From NCBI GenBank assembly GCA_947626095.1, contig CANQQV010000001.1:1-64000 (forward strand): DNA of 64,000 bases, written 5' to 3'. Source of the stretch: an uncultured Bacilli bacterium (GTDB taxonomy: Bacteria; Bacillota_I; Bacilli_A; RF39; UBA660). Positions within the stretch are counted from its first letter, which is position 1; each line of letters starts with the position of its first letter. A model generated the notes under the pieces. The model ran no database searches, had not been told where the DNA came from, and worked only from the letters and a program-made list of their open reading frames with translations. Below, piece by piece: positions 52,974-62,938 of the stretch. The position numbers were made by a program, and so were the translations under genes.

Positions 52974-53315
52974 CAAAGAGTTGCTTTAATCAGAACACTA
53001 GCTATTAAACCTGATATTCTTCTTTTAGACGAACCATTTTCCGCTTTAGATTTTCCAACTAGTCTCGAAGTAAGTAATGATGTCTATAAAATAATTAAAA
53101 ATGAAAAGAAAACTGCTATTATGGTTACTCATGATATTGCATCAGCCATTAGTATGGCTGATAAGATAATTGTCTTAAGTAAAAGTCCAGCGATAATTAA
53201 AAATATCTATGATATAAACTTAGATAATAAAGATATTCCTACCACTAATCGTCAGGATAATAAATTTAATTACTATTATGATTTAATATGGAAAGATCTT
53301 GATAACATTGTCTAA
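52974..53315 (+). CDS. NitT/TauT-family ABC ATPase, 3' part
   Basis: QRVALIRTLAIKPDILLLDEPFSALD..MVTHDI (Walker B, D-loop, H-loop) in frame with the 5' part. Confidence 0.93.
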   Translation, partial: QRVALIRTLAIKPDILLLDEPFSALDFPTSLEVSNDVYKIIKNEKKTAIMVTHDIASAISMADKIIVLSKSPAIIKNIYDINLDNKDIPTTNRQDNKFNYYYDLIWKDLDNIV

Positions 53316-54090
53316 AGAACAAAAAGCTTTTTTAAAAAAGTATCATCAAAATAAAAGAATTATTCTTTTAATCCAAATTATCATTATTCTTCTTTTCCTT
53401 ATTATATGGGAACTACTAAGTAAATACGGTATTATTAATTCTTTTATTTTTAGTCGCCCATCTAAAGTAATTAAAACTATCTATGATTTATATCTTAAAC
53501 ATCAATTATTTAATCATATCGGTATTACTATTTATGAAACATTAATAGCTTTTATTATTAGTTTACTAATCAGTATTATTCTTTCTATACTATTATATCT
53601 ATATCATAACTTTTACAAAGTAATGGACCCATTCTTAACATGTTTTAATTCCTTACCAAAAGTAGCACTAGGTCCCATGATTATTATTATAGTTGGTGCT
53701 AATATTAAAAGTATTATTGTTACAGCTATTTTAATAAATGTTATGGTTAGTACCATTGTTATTACTAATGGCTTTTATAATACTGATAAAACTAAGTTAA
53801 AACTTATGTTATCTCTAAAAGCTAATAAGTATCAAATTCTTAAATACTTAGTAATACCTAGTTCTTATAAAATTATTATCTCTTCCTTCAAATTAGGGAT
53901 AAGTATGAGTTTAATTGGTGTTGTAACTGGGGAATTCTTAGTTAGTCGTGCTGGCTTAGGTTACTTAATTATATATGGTACTCAAGTTTTTAACTTAGAT
54001 CTTGTAATTAGTGGTATTTTACTTCTCATTATCATCTCTTATATTCTATATAAATTAATTGAATTACTCGAAAAAAAATTATTAAGTTAG
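53299..54090 (+). CDS. NitT/TauT-family ABC permease (YtlD-like)
   Basis: FIFSRPS, NSLPKVALGP, GEFLVSRAGLGYLI. Confidence 0.92.
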   Translation: MITLSKEQKAFLKKYHQNKRIILLIQIIIILLFLIIWELLSKYGIINSFIFSRPSKVIKTIYDLYLKHQLFNHIGITIYETLIAFIISLLISIILSILLYLYHNFYKVMDPFLTCFNSLPKVALGPMIIIIVGANIKSIIVTAILINVMVSTIVITNGFYNTDKTKLKLMLSLKANKYQILKYLVIPSSYKIIISSFKLGISMSLIGVVTGEFLVSRAGLGYLIIYGTQVFNLDLVISGILLLIIISYILYKLIELLEKKLLS

Positions 54091-54096
54091 AAAGCC

Positions 54097-54125
54097 AAAG
54101 AAGTAAATTAAGATTTACTTCTTTG
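54097..54125 (+). terminator. terminator of the ABC operon
   Basis: CAAAGAAGTAAAT-TAAG-ATTTACTTCTTTG perfect stem. Confidence 0.75.
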
Positions 54126-54195
54126 TTGTAAATAAAAAAATATTAAATTTAGATAATAAAACTAATATGTTATAATTTACATAGTAGGTGGTTAA

Positions 54196-55314
54196 ATGAG
54201 TAATGTAAAAAAGGAAAAAGCTTTAGATAATAAGTGTCCTAGTTGTAAGGCCCCTATCTTTTTTAATCCAAGTTTAGGCAAATGGAAATGTGAATATTGT
54301 AATAGTGAATTTACTTTAGAAGAAATCCAAGCTAAAACTAACGCTGGCTCACTAGATAATAACGAACTTCCCAAAGTAAAAGATTCTAAAGCAAAAGAAC
54401 CTGAAGTTGTTGAAGAGGATAACACAAGCTACATTTCTTATCGTTGTGAAAACTGTGGTGCTGAAATTGTTTCTGATGAACAAACTGCAGCTACTTTCTG
54501 TTTATACTGTGGTAATACTGCTATCTTAAAAAATAAACTATCTGGTAAATTTGCTCCTAACTATCTGATTCCTTTTAAAGTTGAAAAAGAAAAAGCCATT
54601 GAAGCTTTTAAAAATTTATCTAATGGTCGACCATTCGTCCCTAAAGATTTTAATAATGAACAAAATATTGAAAAAATTAAAGGATTATATGTTCCATTCT
54701 GGTTATTTGATATAGAAGTATCAGGATCAGTAGATTGTGATGCTACTAATGTTACTAGTTGGACTAGTGGTGATCGTGTCTATACAAAAAAAGATTTCTA
54801 TAAATTATTTCGAACTGGAAGTATGAAATTTAATAATATTCCTGCTGATGGTTCAACTAGATTTGATGATAAAATAATGAATTCTATCGAACCATTCAAT
54901 TTTAAAGAATTAGTACCATATAATCACGCTTATCTATCTGGTTTCTTTGCGGAAAAGTACGATACTGAAGCTGATAAAGTATCCAACTTAGCTGCCGATC
55001 GTGCTAAAGAAACAGCTAAAGATACAATGTATAACGATAGTCAAGGTTATTCCGTTAAGGTAATAACCAACAATACCTTAGTACCAAATATTATTGAAAA
55101 TAAATATGTATTATTACCTGTTTGGATGGTTAATGTTAAATATAAAGATAAATATTATATCTTCGCTATGAATGGTCAAACAGGTGAATTTATTGGTGAT
55201 ATACCACTAGATAAAAACAAAGTAGTTCTTTGGTCCATCTTAATGTTTTTAGGTATCTTTGTTCTTGTTATCGTTATTAGTCTTATATTACATATAATGG
55301 GTGGTGGTGCATAA
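54196..55314 (+). CDS. zinc-ribbon membrane protein
   Basis: CPSC/CEYC and CENCG/CLYCG, YVPFWLF, LLPVW, MNGQTG, C-terminal TM. Confidence 0.8.
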   Translation: MSNVKKEKALDNKCPSCKAPIFFNPSLGKWKCEYCNSEFTLEEIQAKTNAGSLDNNELPKVKDSKAKEPEVVEEDNTSYISYRCENCGAEIVSDEQTAATFCLYCGNTAILKNKLSGKFAPNYLIPFKVEKEKAIEAFKNLSNGRPFVPKDFNNEQNIEKIKGLYVPFWLFDIEVSGSVDCDATNVTSWTSGDRVYTKKDFYKLFRTGSMKFNNIPADGSTRFDDKIMNSIEPFNFKELVPYNHAYLSGFFAEKYDTEADKVSNLAADRAKETAKDTMYNDSQGYSVKVITNNTLVPNIIENKYVLLPVWMVNVKYKDKYYIFAMNGQTGEFIGDIPLDKNKVVLWSILMFLGIFVLVIVISLILHIMGGGA

Positions 55315-56228
55315 TGAAAAAAGTAATTCTTACTATTATCTTATTTTTAATAAGTTTCAATATTTGCTATGCATCTACTAATACTTATGAACGTACAGAA
55401 GATAATCTACGTGTTAATAAGAAATGGAATATCGACAGCCATAATATCGCTGATGTTTTAAGTACACCAAGTGTCGATGCCAACGAAAAAGTATATGACT
55501 TTGCTAATATTCTTACTGATGAAGAAGAAAGAACAATTAAAAATCTAATCGATAATTTTATTGATCATACTGGTTTCGATATGGTCTTTGTCTCTGATAG
55601 TTTTAATTATTATACTGATGATAAAAATGAAGAATACGCAACAAACTTCTACGATTATAATGACTTTGGCCTTGACGATAAATATTATAGTGGTATTATT
55701 CTTTTCCGTAATGCTAATGAAACTGATCCATATTATGGTGCCTATCTATTTGGCGAAGCTCAACTATATTATCCACCAGAAACACTTGATATCATTCTAG
55801 ATGACGTATATTATGATTTTAGTCACAAATATTATTCTTCTGGTATTGAACTATTCCTAGATAAAACAGAATCTTATTATGATGATGGAATACCATATAG
55901 TATGAGAAATTATTATATTGATGATATGGGCTATTTAAAAAAGAAATACGTTCCACCAATTCTTCTAGGTTTAGTAATATCAGGCATTGCTACAGCAATT
56001 ATCATAAGTATTCTAGTTAGTAAAAACAAAATGATTGCTCAAGCCACTAAAGCCGCTGAATATCTTGATCAAAATAGTACTCAATATTCTACAAGATTAG
56101 ATCAATTCCTTACTTCAAATACTACTTCATATGTTAGATCATCAAGTAGTGGCGGTGGTGGTGGAAGCTACCATAGTAGTAGTGGTTCATCTGGTGGTGG
56201 ACACTCAGGCGGCGGACGACATGGTTAA
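55314..56228 (+). CDS. TPM domain-containing protein
   Basis: VYDFANILTDEEE, TM segment, Ser/Gly tail ending HSGGGRHG. Confidence 0.85.
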   Translation: MKKVILTIILFLISFNICYASTNTYERTEDNLRVNKKWNIDSHNIADVLSTPSVDANEKVYDFANILTDEEERTIKNLIDNFIDHTGFDMVFVSDSFNYYTDDKNEEYATNFYDYNDFGLDDKYYSGIILFRNANETDPYYGAYLFGEAQLYYPPETLDIILDDVYYDFSHKYYSSGIELFLDKTESYYDDGIPYSMRNYYIDDMGYLKKKYVPPILLGLVISGIATAIIISILVSKNKMIAQATKAAEYLDQNSTQYSTRLDQFLTSNTTSYVRSSSSGGGGGSYHSSSGSSGGGHSGGGRHG

Positions 56229-56253
56229 AAAAAGTTCTCATAACGAGAACTTT

Positions 56254-57567
56254 TTATTTTGTCTTTTCAATAACAATTAACTTCTTTTTAGGTTTTGGTT
56301 TACTCCTATTTACCCTTTTAACACTACGTGGATTTAAATTTAAATTTCGATTCCCTCCACGTCTATTAGACGTTCTATTAGGTCTTCTAACCTTTTTAAC
56401 ATTACGTGGATTTAAATTTAATTGTTTATTGTTACTACTACTATTTTTCTTCTTAGGATTAATATCAACACTATCAGGTCTAGCTATAACTTTACGATTG
56501 TTTTCTTTTGGAATAATATCTTCTAACTCTTCATTATTCATCTTTTCTTCATAATCTAAATCAATAATCTGATTAGTTGTTTTTTCTTCTTTAGAACCAA
56601 CCTTTTTTCTCTTTTTCTTGGCTTCTTCAACCTTCGTAACTTTAATATGTTGTTCCTTTAAGAAATTATCTTCTACTATAACTTCTTCTGGCTTTTCTTC
56701 CTCTGTTTCCTCTTCTGTAACTTCTTTACTCATACGTTTAAGTACTTTATCTAACTGGTCTATACGATCATCATATTCCTTTATCCTTGTTGTTAAAGGA
56801 TCAGTATCTAATACTTCAACATGATCTTCCCTATACTTCGCTATTTCCTCTTCAGTGGTCGGTAAAGGCACTGGATTTAAAGTAGCATTCCTAATTTTTA
56901 ACTCTTCTTTAATTTTTTCCTTACGTGCTTCTTCATACTCTTCTTGTTGCCTTAAAGCTACATCGCTATTATTTTCTACTACTTCTTTTACCTTATTCTT
57001 AATACTAAATAAATTAAATAATTTATATATCTCAATAAACGTATAAATTGATACTGGAATAAGTAATAAGAATAACCAACCCTTTTGATTAGCTATTAAA
57101 AATTGAATTTTTCCTAAATAAGGAATAATTAATATTTCTTTACCAATAACTTGATCATAACTAACATACAACTTATCAGGTTCTTTATTATTATCACCCT
57201 GTGTACGATATTCGTAGCCACCATCAGGTAACTGATTAACTTCTATAACACGATGTGTAATCGTCATTCCTTCTGAAGTTGAAGCTTTAGATTCATAAGT
57301 AATAATATCGCCAACTTTAATATTCTCTGGTTTATCTTCTCTTATATTTATAACAACATCATAAACTTTAATCGCCGGTGTCATACTTGGACTAACGATT
57401 GTATAAATAGATACCTTCGGACGATAATCTTCATTATTAATATTCATTTGAGAAGATACAATATAATATAATAAGAATAAGGCAATTAAACATATAAAAG
57501 CAATCACTACATAATATAGTAATTTACCAATCATTGAAAATATGTTTTTATTTTGACTACTTGTCAT
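56254..57567 (-). CDS. signal peptidase I (SipW/ER type) with long charged C-terminal tail
   Basis: IVSPSMTP, VGDIITY, ITHRV, TQGDNN (Ser-His dyad type). Confidence 0.85.
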   Translation of the reverse strand: MTSSQNKNIFSMIGKLLYYVVIAFICLIALFLLYYIVSSQMNINNEDYRPKVSIYTIVSPSMTPAIKVYDVVINIREDKPENIKVGDIITYESKASTSEGMTITHRVIEVNQLPDGGYEYRTQGDNNKEPDKLYVSYDQVIGKEILIIPYLGKIQFLIANQKGWLFLLLIPVSIYTFIEIYKLFNLFSIKNKVKEVVENNSDVALRQQEEYEEARKEKIKEELKIRNATLNPVPLPTTEEEIAKYREDHVEVLDTDPLTTRIKEYDDRIDQLDKVLKRMSKEVTEEETEEEKPEEVIVEDNFLKEQHIKVTKVEEAKKKRKKVGSKEEKTTNQIIDLDYEEKMNNEELEDIIPKENNRKVIARPDSVDINPKKKNSSSNNKQLNLNPRNVKKVRRPNRTSNRRGGNRNLNLNPRSVKRVNRSKPKPKKKLIVIEKTK

Positions 57568-57585
57568 TATTTCCCTCTATTTCTG

Positions 57586-58215
57586 CTACTGTTCTAATAA
57601 GCTAGACTTATTATCTGTTTGTTCAATTATAATAGATGCATGATAATAATTATTCGTTTCTTCCAAAGGAATAGTTCCTTGAAATACCACATTTATCGTA
57701 TAAGTCTTCGTCTCGTTAGGCCCTAATTTAATATTATCCATAATTACTTTATCCGATAATGGTAATTGTTTAGTACTACTATTCTCTCCATTACTATCAA
57801 TCGTATAAAATAAATTATTTGAAGATATAAAAGAAGTTTTTATACTAGCTATCTTTATATTAAAAGTAGCTTCTGTATTTCCTTCATTACTAACTTTAAT
57901 TACTTTAGGGGTATTTAACCTATAACCCGTTACAATATTATTTAACTCCATTTTAGGTCCATTAATATATACAACAACTAACGTTTGATAATATATCTTT
58001 TCTGTTTCACTAATATCTTCATGAGCTTTAGTACTACCACGATAAGCCATAAAAGCAAATACCGTACTGACAACAACCGATACTAAAGTTAAAACAAGAA
58101 TAACCAAAAGAGCTATAAACTGTCTTTTTTCACTGCGTTCTTGTGCTTGGATAAGAATGGTATATTGAGTTTCAAGTTCAGATTTAAAATTTTCATTTTT
58201 CTCCATTCTTATCAC
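57586..58215 (-). CDS. putative SipW-dependent (TasA/camelysin-like) secreted protein
   Basis: Hydrophobic signal ending STVFAF, beta-rich VSNEGN and LGPNETKTYTI; upstream of the SipW-like gene. Confidence 0.55.
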   Translation of the reverse strand: MIRMEKNENFKSELETQYTILIQAQERSEKRQFIALLVILVLTLVSVVVSTVFAFMAYRGSTKAHEDISETEKIYYQTLVVVYINGPKMELNNIVTGYRLNTPKVIKVSNEGNTEATFNIKIASIKTSFISSNNLFYTIDSNGENSSTKQLPLSDKVIMDNIKLGPNETKTYTINVVFQGTIPLEETNNYYHASIIIEQTDNKSSLLEQ

Positions 58216-58221
58216 TTCCTT

Positions 58222-58758
58222 CTATTCTTTTATTACAACCTTATAAGTTCCAGTAAATGAACCATTTGCCACATTTAATTGATTAGCAATATTACTAACA
58301 TTTATCTTAAGCGTACATTCATTAGTCTTATTAGTTGCTAATTCTAAATTATCTACAATAACCTCATTCGTTAAAGGCATATCTTTGTTTTCAACCTTTT
58401 CCCCATTACTACAATTAAGTGAATAAGTAAATGTATCATTACTATCCTGCCATGAATTAGATACATTCTGCCACTCTATACGATACTTAATTGCATTTGA
58501 ATTATTATTAGTAATATTAAATTTATACTCTTTATTATAACCAAGATTAATTACTGCTATATTTAATGAATTATTTTCATCATAATTAATAGCTGTTCTT
58601 TTATATATATTCTTATTAGCTAAAACCTTATGGCTATTCGCCTCAGTTCTTACTTCATCATTCATAAACACAAAGAAGCTACTAACTACTGAGGATATAA
58701 AAGTAAGTACGGAAAAAAAACATAATAGTATCACCCATTTTTTGTCCATTCCAATCAC
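58222..58758 (-). CDS. putative SipW-dependent secreted protein, paralog-like
   Basis: Signal peptide, FNITNNN, YSLNC and similar beta pattern. Confidence 0.5.
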   Translation of the reverse strand: MIGMDKKWVILLCFFSVLTFISSVVSSFFVFMNDEVRTEANSHKVLANKNIYKRTAINYDENNSLNIAVINLGYNKEYKFNITNNNSNAIKYRIEWQNVSNSWQDSNDTFTYSLNCSNGEKVENKDMPLTNEVIVDNLELATNKTNECTLKINVSNIANQLNVANGSFTGTYKVVIKE

Positions 58759-58860
58759 CCTTTATTATATATAATAATAGCAAAATAATGCTTCTTTATC
58801 AAGATTATATTTATGTAGATAATATTTAAATATATGCTATAATGATTAATGAGGTGCAAT

Positions 58861-59805
58861 ATGAAATTAAGTATTATAATTCCCTGTAAAAACGAAGAAG
58901 GTAACGTTTCTAACCTTTATGAAGTAATTTCTAAAGTACTAGGTAAAAAGAAATATGAAATAATTTTTATAGATGATGGTTCTAAGGATAATACCTTAAA
59001 TGAACTTAAAAAACTATATGAAAAAGATATGCAACATATTAAAGTTTTATCTTTTTCACGAAATTTTATGAAAGAAGCAGCTATTATTGCTGGTTTAGAA
59101 GCCAGTAGCGGTGAATATACTTGTATTATCGATGGCGACTTACAACAAAATCCTAAATATTTAATAGATATGATGGATTTCTTAGATGATAATAGTGAAT
59201 ATGACGAAGTAGCCATGGTCATGAGTAAAAGAACAGCTGAATCAAAATTCATGTCATTCTGTAAAAACATGTTTTATAAAACCATGAATAAACTATGTGA
59301 AATCAACCTTGAAAATGCCGCATCAGACTTCAGAATGTTTAGAAAAAATGTTAAAGAAGCTTTAATTAGTTTAAGTGAAAGAAATAGATTTTCTAAAGGT
59401 TTATTTAGCTGGATTGGTTTTAATATCAAATATATGCCATATGACGTTGAACCACGTAATTCTGGTAATTCATCATTTGGTTTTAAAGCAAGTCTTAACT
59501 ATGCTATAAATGGTATTATTGCTTTCTCTGATAAACCATTAAAACTCGGTATATCTCTAGGTATATTATCCGTAATATCAAGTTTTATTTACTTAATAAC
59601 AATTATAGTTTTAATGTTATGTTCTGGCTTTGAAATGACTGCTGTTCATGCTCTTATTATCTTAATTTTATTCTTATTTGGTATTCTATTTATCTTACTT
59701 GGTATTATTGGTAAATACTTAGGTACTATTAATTATGAAGTAAGAAAAAGACCATTATATATAGTTAGAGAAAAATTAGGTTTTGATAACGAAACAATAC
59801 TTTAA
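58861..59805 (+). CDS. GT2 polyprenol-phosphate glycosyltransferase (GtrB/CsbB-like)
   Basis: IIIPCKNEE, DDGSKD, FSRNF, DGDLQ, DFR, two C-terminal TM, RPLY; start at ATG after GAGGTG. Confidence 0.9.
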   Translation: MKLSIIIPCKNEEGNVSNLYEVISKVLGKKKYEIIFIDDGSKDNTLNELKKLYEKDMQHIKVLSFSRNFMKEAAIIAGLEASSGEYTCIIDGDLQQNPKYLIDMMDFLDDNSEYDEVAMVMSKRTAESKFMSFCKNMFYKTMNKLCEINLENAASDFRMFRKNVKEALISLSERNRFSKGLFSWIGFNIKYMPYDVEPRNSGNSSFGFKASLNYAINGIIAFSDKPLKLGISLGILSVISSFIYLITIIVLMLCSGFEMTAVHALIILILFLFGILFILLGIIGKYLGTINYEVRKRPLYIVREKLGFDNETIL

Positions 59806-59937
59806 GTATTGTTTTTTTAGTCAATGATAATGTCTACTATATTTAAGTTCCCTTGCATAAAGAAAAGAGAAATACTATAATAATCTTAATGGTAGAATAA
59901 CTATCTTAGTTAAAATTTATTAAATGGAGGTATTAAA

Positions 59938-61077
59938 ATGGGTTTAATTAAAGCTTTAACTAGTTCAACATCTAGTGCTCTAGGTGATCAGTTTAAAGAG
60001 TACGTCACTTGTCCTAGTGTTGATAAAAATGTAATGATTGTCAAAGGTACAGTTAACCATGGCGAAGGTAATAAAAATCCTTCTGAAGGAGTTATTTCTA
60101 ATGGTAGCAAAATTGTTGTTCCTCAAGGATGGGCAATGATGCTAATCGACAATGGTAAAGTTATTGAATTCTCAGCTGAACCTGGTGAATATACTTATGA
60201 TAACAGTAGTGAACCAAGTATATTCTATGGTGGCTTATGGAAAGGTATTGGAGACACATTTAAAACTATTGGTTCAAGGATTACATATGGTGGTCAAACA
60301 GCTAGGGATCAAAGAGTTTACTATGTTAACTTACTTAATGTTTTAGGTAATAAATTTGGTTCACCACAACCTAAAAAAATTACTGATGAAAAATACGGAA
60401 TTATTGAAGTTACATTCTTTGGCGAATATGCCTATAAAGTAGAAGATCCAATTGCTTTAGTAGCTAATGTAATCGGAGCTAATGCTAAAGACCAAGTAAC
60501 TTTCGACGAAGTAATGGGTTCACAATTAAAAAATGAATTCGTTGAACAAATAACTAAAGCTATTACTGAAGTAATGAGACTTAAAAAAGTTTCTTTCGGT
60601 GATATGGGTATGTATGGTAGCGATATTTCAGATAAGATGAATGAAATATTAAGCTCTTCATGGAAAGAAAAATATGGTATTATCGTAACTGATGTTGCTA
60701 TGGGTGATATCAACGTTACTGATGAATCAATGGAAAGAATTAACAAGATTGATGATGCAACTATCTTCTCAGATGCTAAATTACAATCTGGTTTATTGGC
60801 TAACGCTTCTGCTGAAGCTCTTAAAGCTGCTGCAAGCAATGAAAATGGTGCAATGATGGGCTTCGCTGGATTAAACATGGCTAATAATGCCGGTGCTGTT
60901 ATGATGGGTGTTGCTAATCAAAATGCTCAAGCTCAAGCTGCTACTAATCCTGCCCCAGCTCCTACTGCTCCTGTAGCTGGTGCTGTAACAGGTACAGCTC
61001 CAAAATTCTGCCCTAACTGTGGAACACCAACTAATGGTGGAAACTTCTGTGGTAACTGCGGACAAAAATTAAATTAA
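59938..61077 (+). CDS. SPFH-domain protein with C-terminal zinc ribbon
   Basis: ISNGSKIVV, EPGEY, KFG, Ala-rich region, KFCPNCG..NFCGNCG. Confidence 0.85.
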   Translation: MGLIKALTSSTSSALGDQFKEYVTCPSVDKNVMIVKGTVNHGEGNKNPSEGVISNGSKIVVPQGWAMMLIDNGKVIEFSAEPGEYTYDNSSEPSIFYGGLWKGIGDTFKTIGSRITYGGQTARDQRVYYVNLLNVLGNKFGSPQPKKITDEKYGIIEVTFFGEYAYKVEDPIALVANVIGANAKDQVTFDEVMGSQLKNEFVEQITKAITEVMRLKKVSFGDMGMYGSDISDKMNEILSSSWKEKYGIIVTDVAMGDINVTDESMERINKIDDATIFSDAKLQSGLLANASAEALKAAASNENGAMMGFAGLNMANNAGAVMMGVANQNAQAQAATNPAPAPTAPVAGAVTGTAPKFCPNCGTPTNGGNFCGNCGQKLN

Positions 61078-61106
61078 AAAAATCTACGAAAGTAGATTTT
61101 TTTTTT
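61078..61106. terminator. bidirectional terminator
   Basis: AAAAAATCTAC-GAAA-GTAGATTTTTT. Confidence 0.85.
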
Positions 61107-61110
61107 GCTC

Positions 61111-61785
61111 TTAAACTTCTAAATACTTATAAAATAAATTAACTAGTTCTTCATAATCAGAGAATAATTTAACATTACCATCTAAATCAACAATTTCATA
61201 ATCAAAAGAACAACCAATCTCTGTACAAACCATAACCATTGAAAGATCTGTTATATTCTTAACTGATTCAACTAATTCTGGCTTATAATTAGAATCTAAC
61301 ATTTTTTCAATTTGATCATTTCCCGTCGTAACTAAGTATAAATTACCATCACTAGTAATTGCAAATAACATTTCTAAAGCATCTAAGCCATAACTATCAA
61401 TTTTAAAGATATCAACGACGTTAGCAAGATTTAATTTAATTCCTACTGATCCTGAATCTCCAGGTATATCAACTTTATTAACATCACCCATACTATCTTC
61501 ATATTCTAAATATAAATTATTATCCGTACCTAAATCGTATATATATCCACTATTATCTGTACCTTTACCAATCGTAAATGTTTTAACCCAACCTTTTCTT
61601 CCTTTTGCTATATTAGCTAAATAACTTTTATAACGTTCATTTATCGAAGTTTCCTCAGCTTTAACTTCTTCTTTTTGTTCCAGCACAGTAGGACATTCTT
61701 TCTTATTAATAACTTCCGTATTAAGTAAATAACCACCTAATAAAATAACTACTAAACTTAAAACAACAATAACAACATTCTTCAT
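61111..61785 (-). CDS. hypothetical exported protein
   Basis: N-terminal signal anchor, 224 aa. Confidence 0.7.
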   Translation of the reverse strand: MKNVVIVVLSLVVILLGGYLLNTEVINKKECPTVLEQKEEVKAEETSINERYKSYLANIAKGRKGWVKTFTIGKGTDNSGYIYDLGTDNNLYLEYEDSMGDVNKVDIPGDSGSVGIKLNLANVVDIFKIDSYGLDALEMLFAITSDGNLYLVTTGNDQIEKMLDSNYKPELVESVKNITDLSMVMVCTEIGCSFDYEIVDLDGNVKLFSDYEELVNLFYKYLEV

Positions 61786-61820
61786 TTAATCTATCCCTTC
61801 TCTTTTAATTATAATACATA

Positions 61821-62036
61821 TTACTTTTTTAATCTTTTAAACTTATCCATCATTCTTTTTCTTCTAATTTCTTCTTCATCTAAATCTAATTCATACTTAT
61901 CATTTCTTAATATTACAATAGAACCTTCTCTATAACCTTTAGGTAATAAAGTAATATCTATTTCTTTTTTTTCTTTATTTTCAATATTCTCTAATACCGC
62001 AATATTATTTTCAATACGATCAATACTATATTTCAT
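61821..62036 (-). CDS. DUF3006-family protein
   Basis: IDRIENNIAVLE, LPKGYREG; follows a ComEC-like MBL gene as is typical. Confidence 0.85.
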   Translation of the reverse strand: MKYSIDRIENNIAVLENIENKEKKEIDITLLPKGYREGSIVILRNDKYELDLDEEEIRRKRMMDKFKRLKK

Positions 62037-62044
62037 CTTCTCAC

Positions 62045-62938
62045 CTACCCATTCGTATCTGTTTCAAAACCACTAATTTCTATCTTACTCCCATTACTAG
62101 TCAGTAATATAGTTCCTATTTCACTAGTCATATAAATCTTTTTCGTATAATTTCTTATTCTATTTAAAGTATCTTTACTAGGATGTCCATAACTATTTTC
62201 TTTAGCTACTGATATAATAGCATACTTAGGTGTTACTTTATCTAAGAATTCCTTAGTACTACTATAAGCTGATCCATGATGTCCTACTTTTAATACATCA
62301 ACATCAATATTTTTATCTAATAATATCTTTTCTACTTTATCTGTAGCATCCCCCGTAAATAAATAAGAGTATTCACCAAAGATCATCTTTAAAATAATTG
62401 ACGTATTATTTAAATCCGAATCATCTGTTCCTGTATACATAACTTCTAAGTCAGCTTCCCCTAATTTAAATTTATCTCCTATTTTTGGAACCGTTATTTG
62501 TAATCCTTTCTTATCTATCGCATCCAATACATCTTCAAATGTCTTAGTCGTTGTAATAACTTCAGGCATATAAACTGTATCTACATCAAAATTATTTATA
62601 ATATCATCTAAACCACCAATATGATCTTCATGGGGATGAGTTCCAACAACATAATCAAACTTACTTATTCCTAAATCTTTTTTAAAATACTTAACTAACT
62701 TTTCGCCATCTTCATTATTCCCAGCATCAATTAACATATTATGTCCTTGATTAGTTATTAAAATACTATCAGCTTGACCAACATCTATAAAATAAACTTG
62801 TAAATCACTACTTACTGTATTTTTATTTGAATAAGTTTCTTCTTGATTATTACATAGAGAGATTAAATAACCAATAACTGCTACTAAAAATATAAAAGTA
62901 ACTAAATAATTATTCTTTCTTTTTCTTCTTCTACCCAT
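62045..62938 (-). CDS. ComEC/Rec2-like metallo-beta-lactamase-fold hydrolase
   Basis: DVGQADS, THPHEDHIGG, FTGDA, KVGHHGS, YGHP. Confidence 0.9.
   Translation of the reverse strand: MGRRRKRKNNYLVTFIFLVAVIGYLISLCNNQEETYSNKNTVSSDLQVYFIDVGQADSILITNQGHNMLIDAGNNEDGEKLVKYFKKDLGISKFDYVVGTHPHEDHIGGLDDIINNFDVDTVYMPEVITTTKTFEDVLDAIDKKGLQITVPKIGDKFKLGEADLEVMYTGTDDSDLNNTSIILKMIFGEYSYLFTGDATDKVEKILLDKNIDVDVLKVGHHGSAYSSTKEFLDKVTPKYAIISVAKENSYGHPSKDTLNRIRNYTKKIYMTSEIGTILLTSNGSKIEISGFETDTNG

Larger units (their letters stand above)
44864..52986. mobile_element. element 2: 8,110-bp serine-recombinase intervening element in the ATPase gene
   Basis: 13-bp direct repeat CAAAGAGTTGCTT at 44864-44876 and 52974-52986; recombinase stop 15 bp before the right core. 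Confidence 0.93.

Noticed and set aside
23803-52986. Prophage or ICE
   Set aside because: No structural, packaging, relaxase or type IV secretion genes recognised
23228-53315. Reading the ABC fragments as ordinary decayed pseudogenes or an assembly error
   Set aside because: Breakpoints coincide with direct-repeat cores with dyad arms next to recombinases, and rejoining is exactly in frame; misassembly cannot be fully excluded without reads
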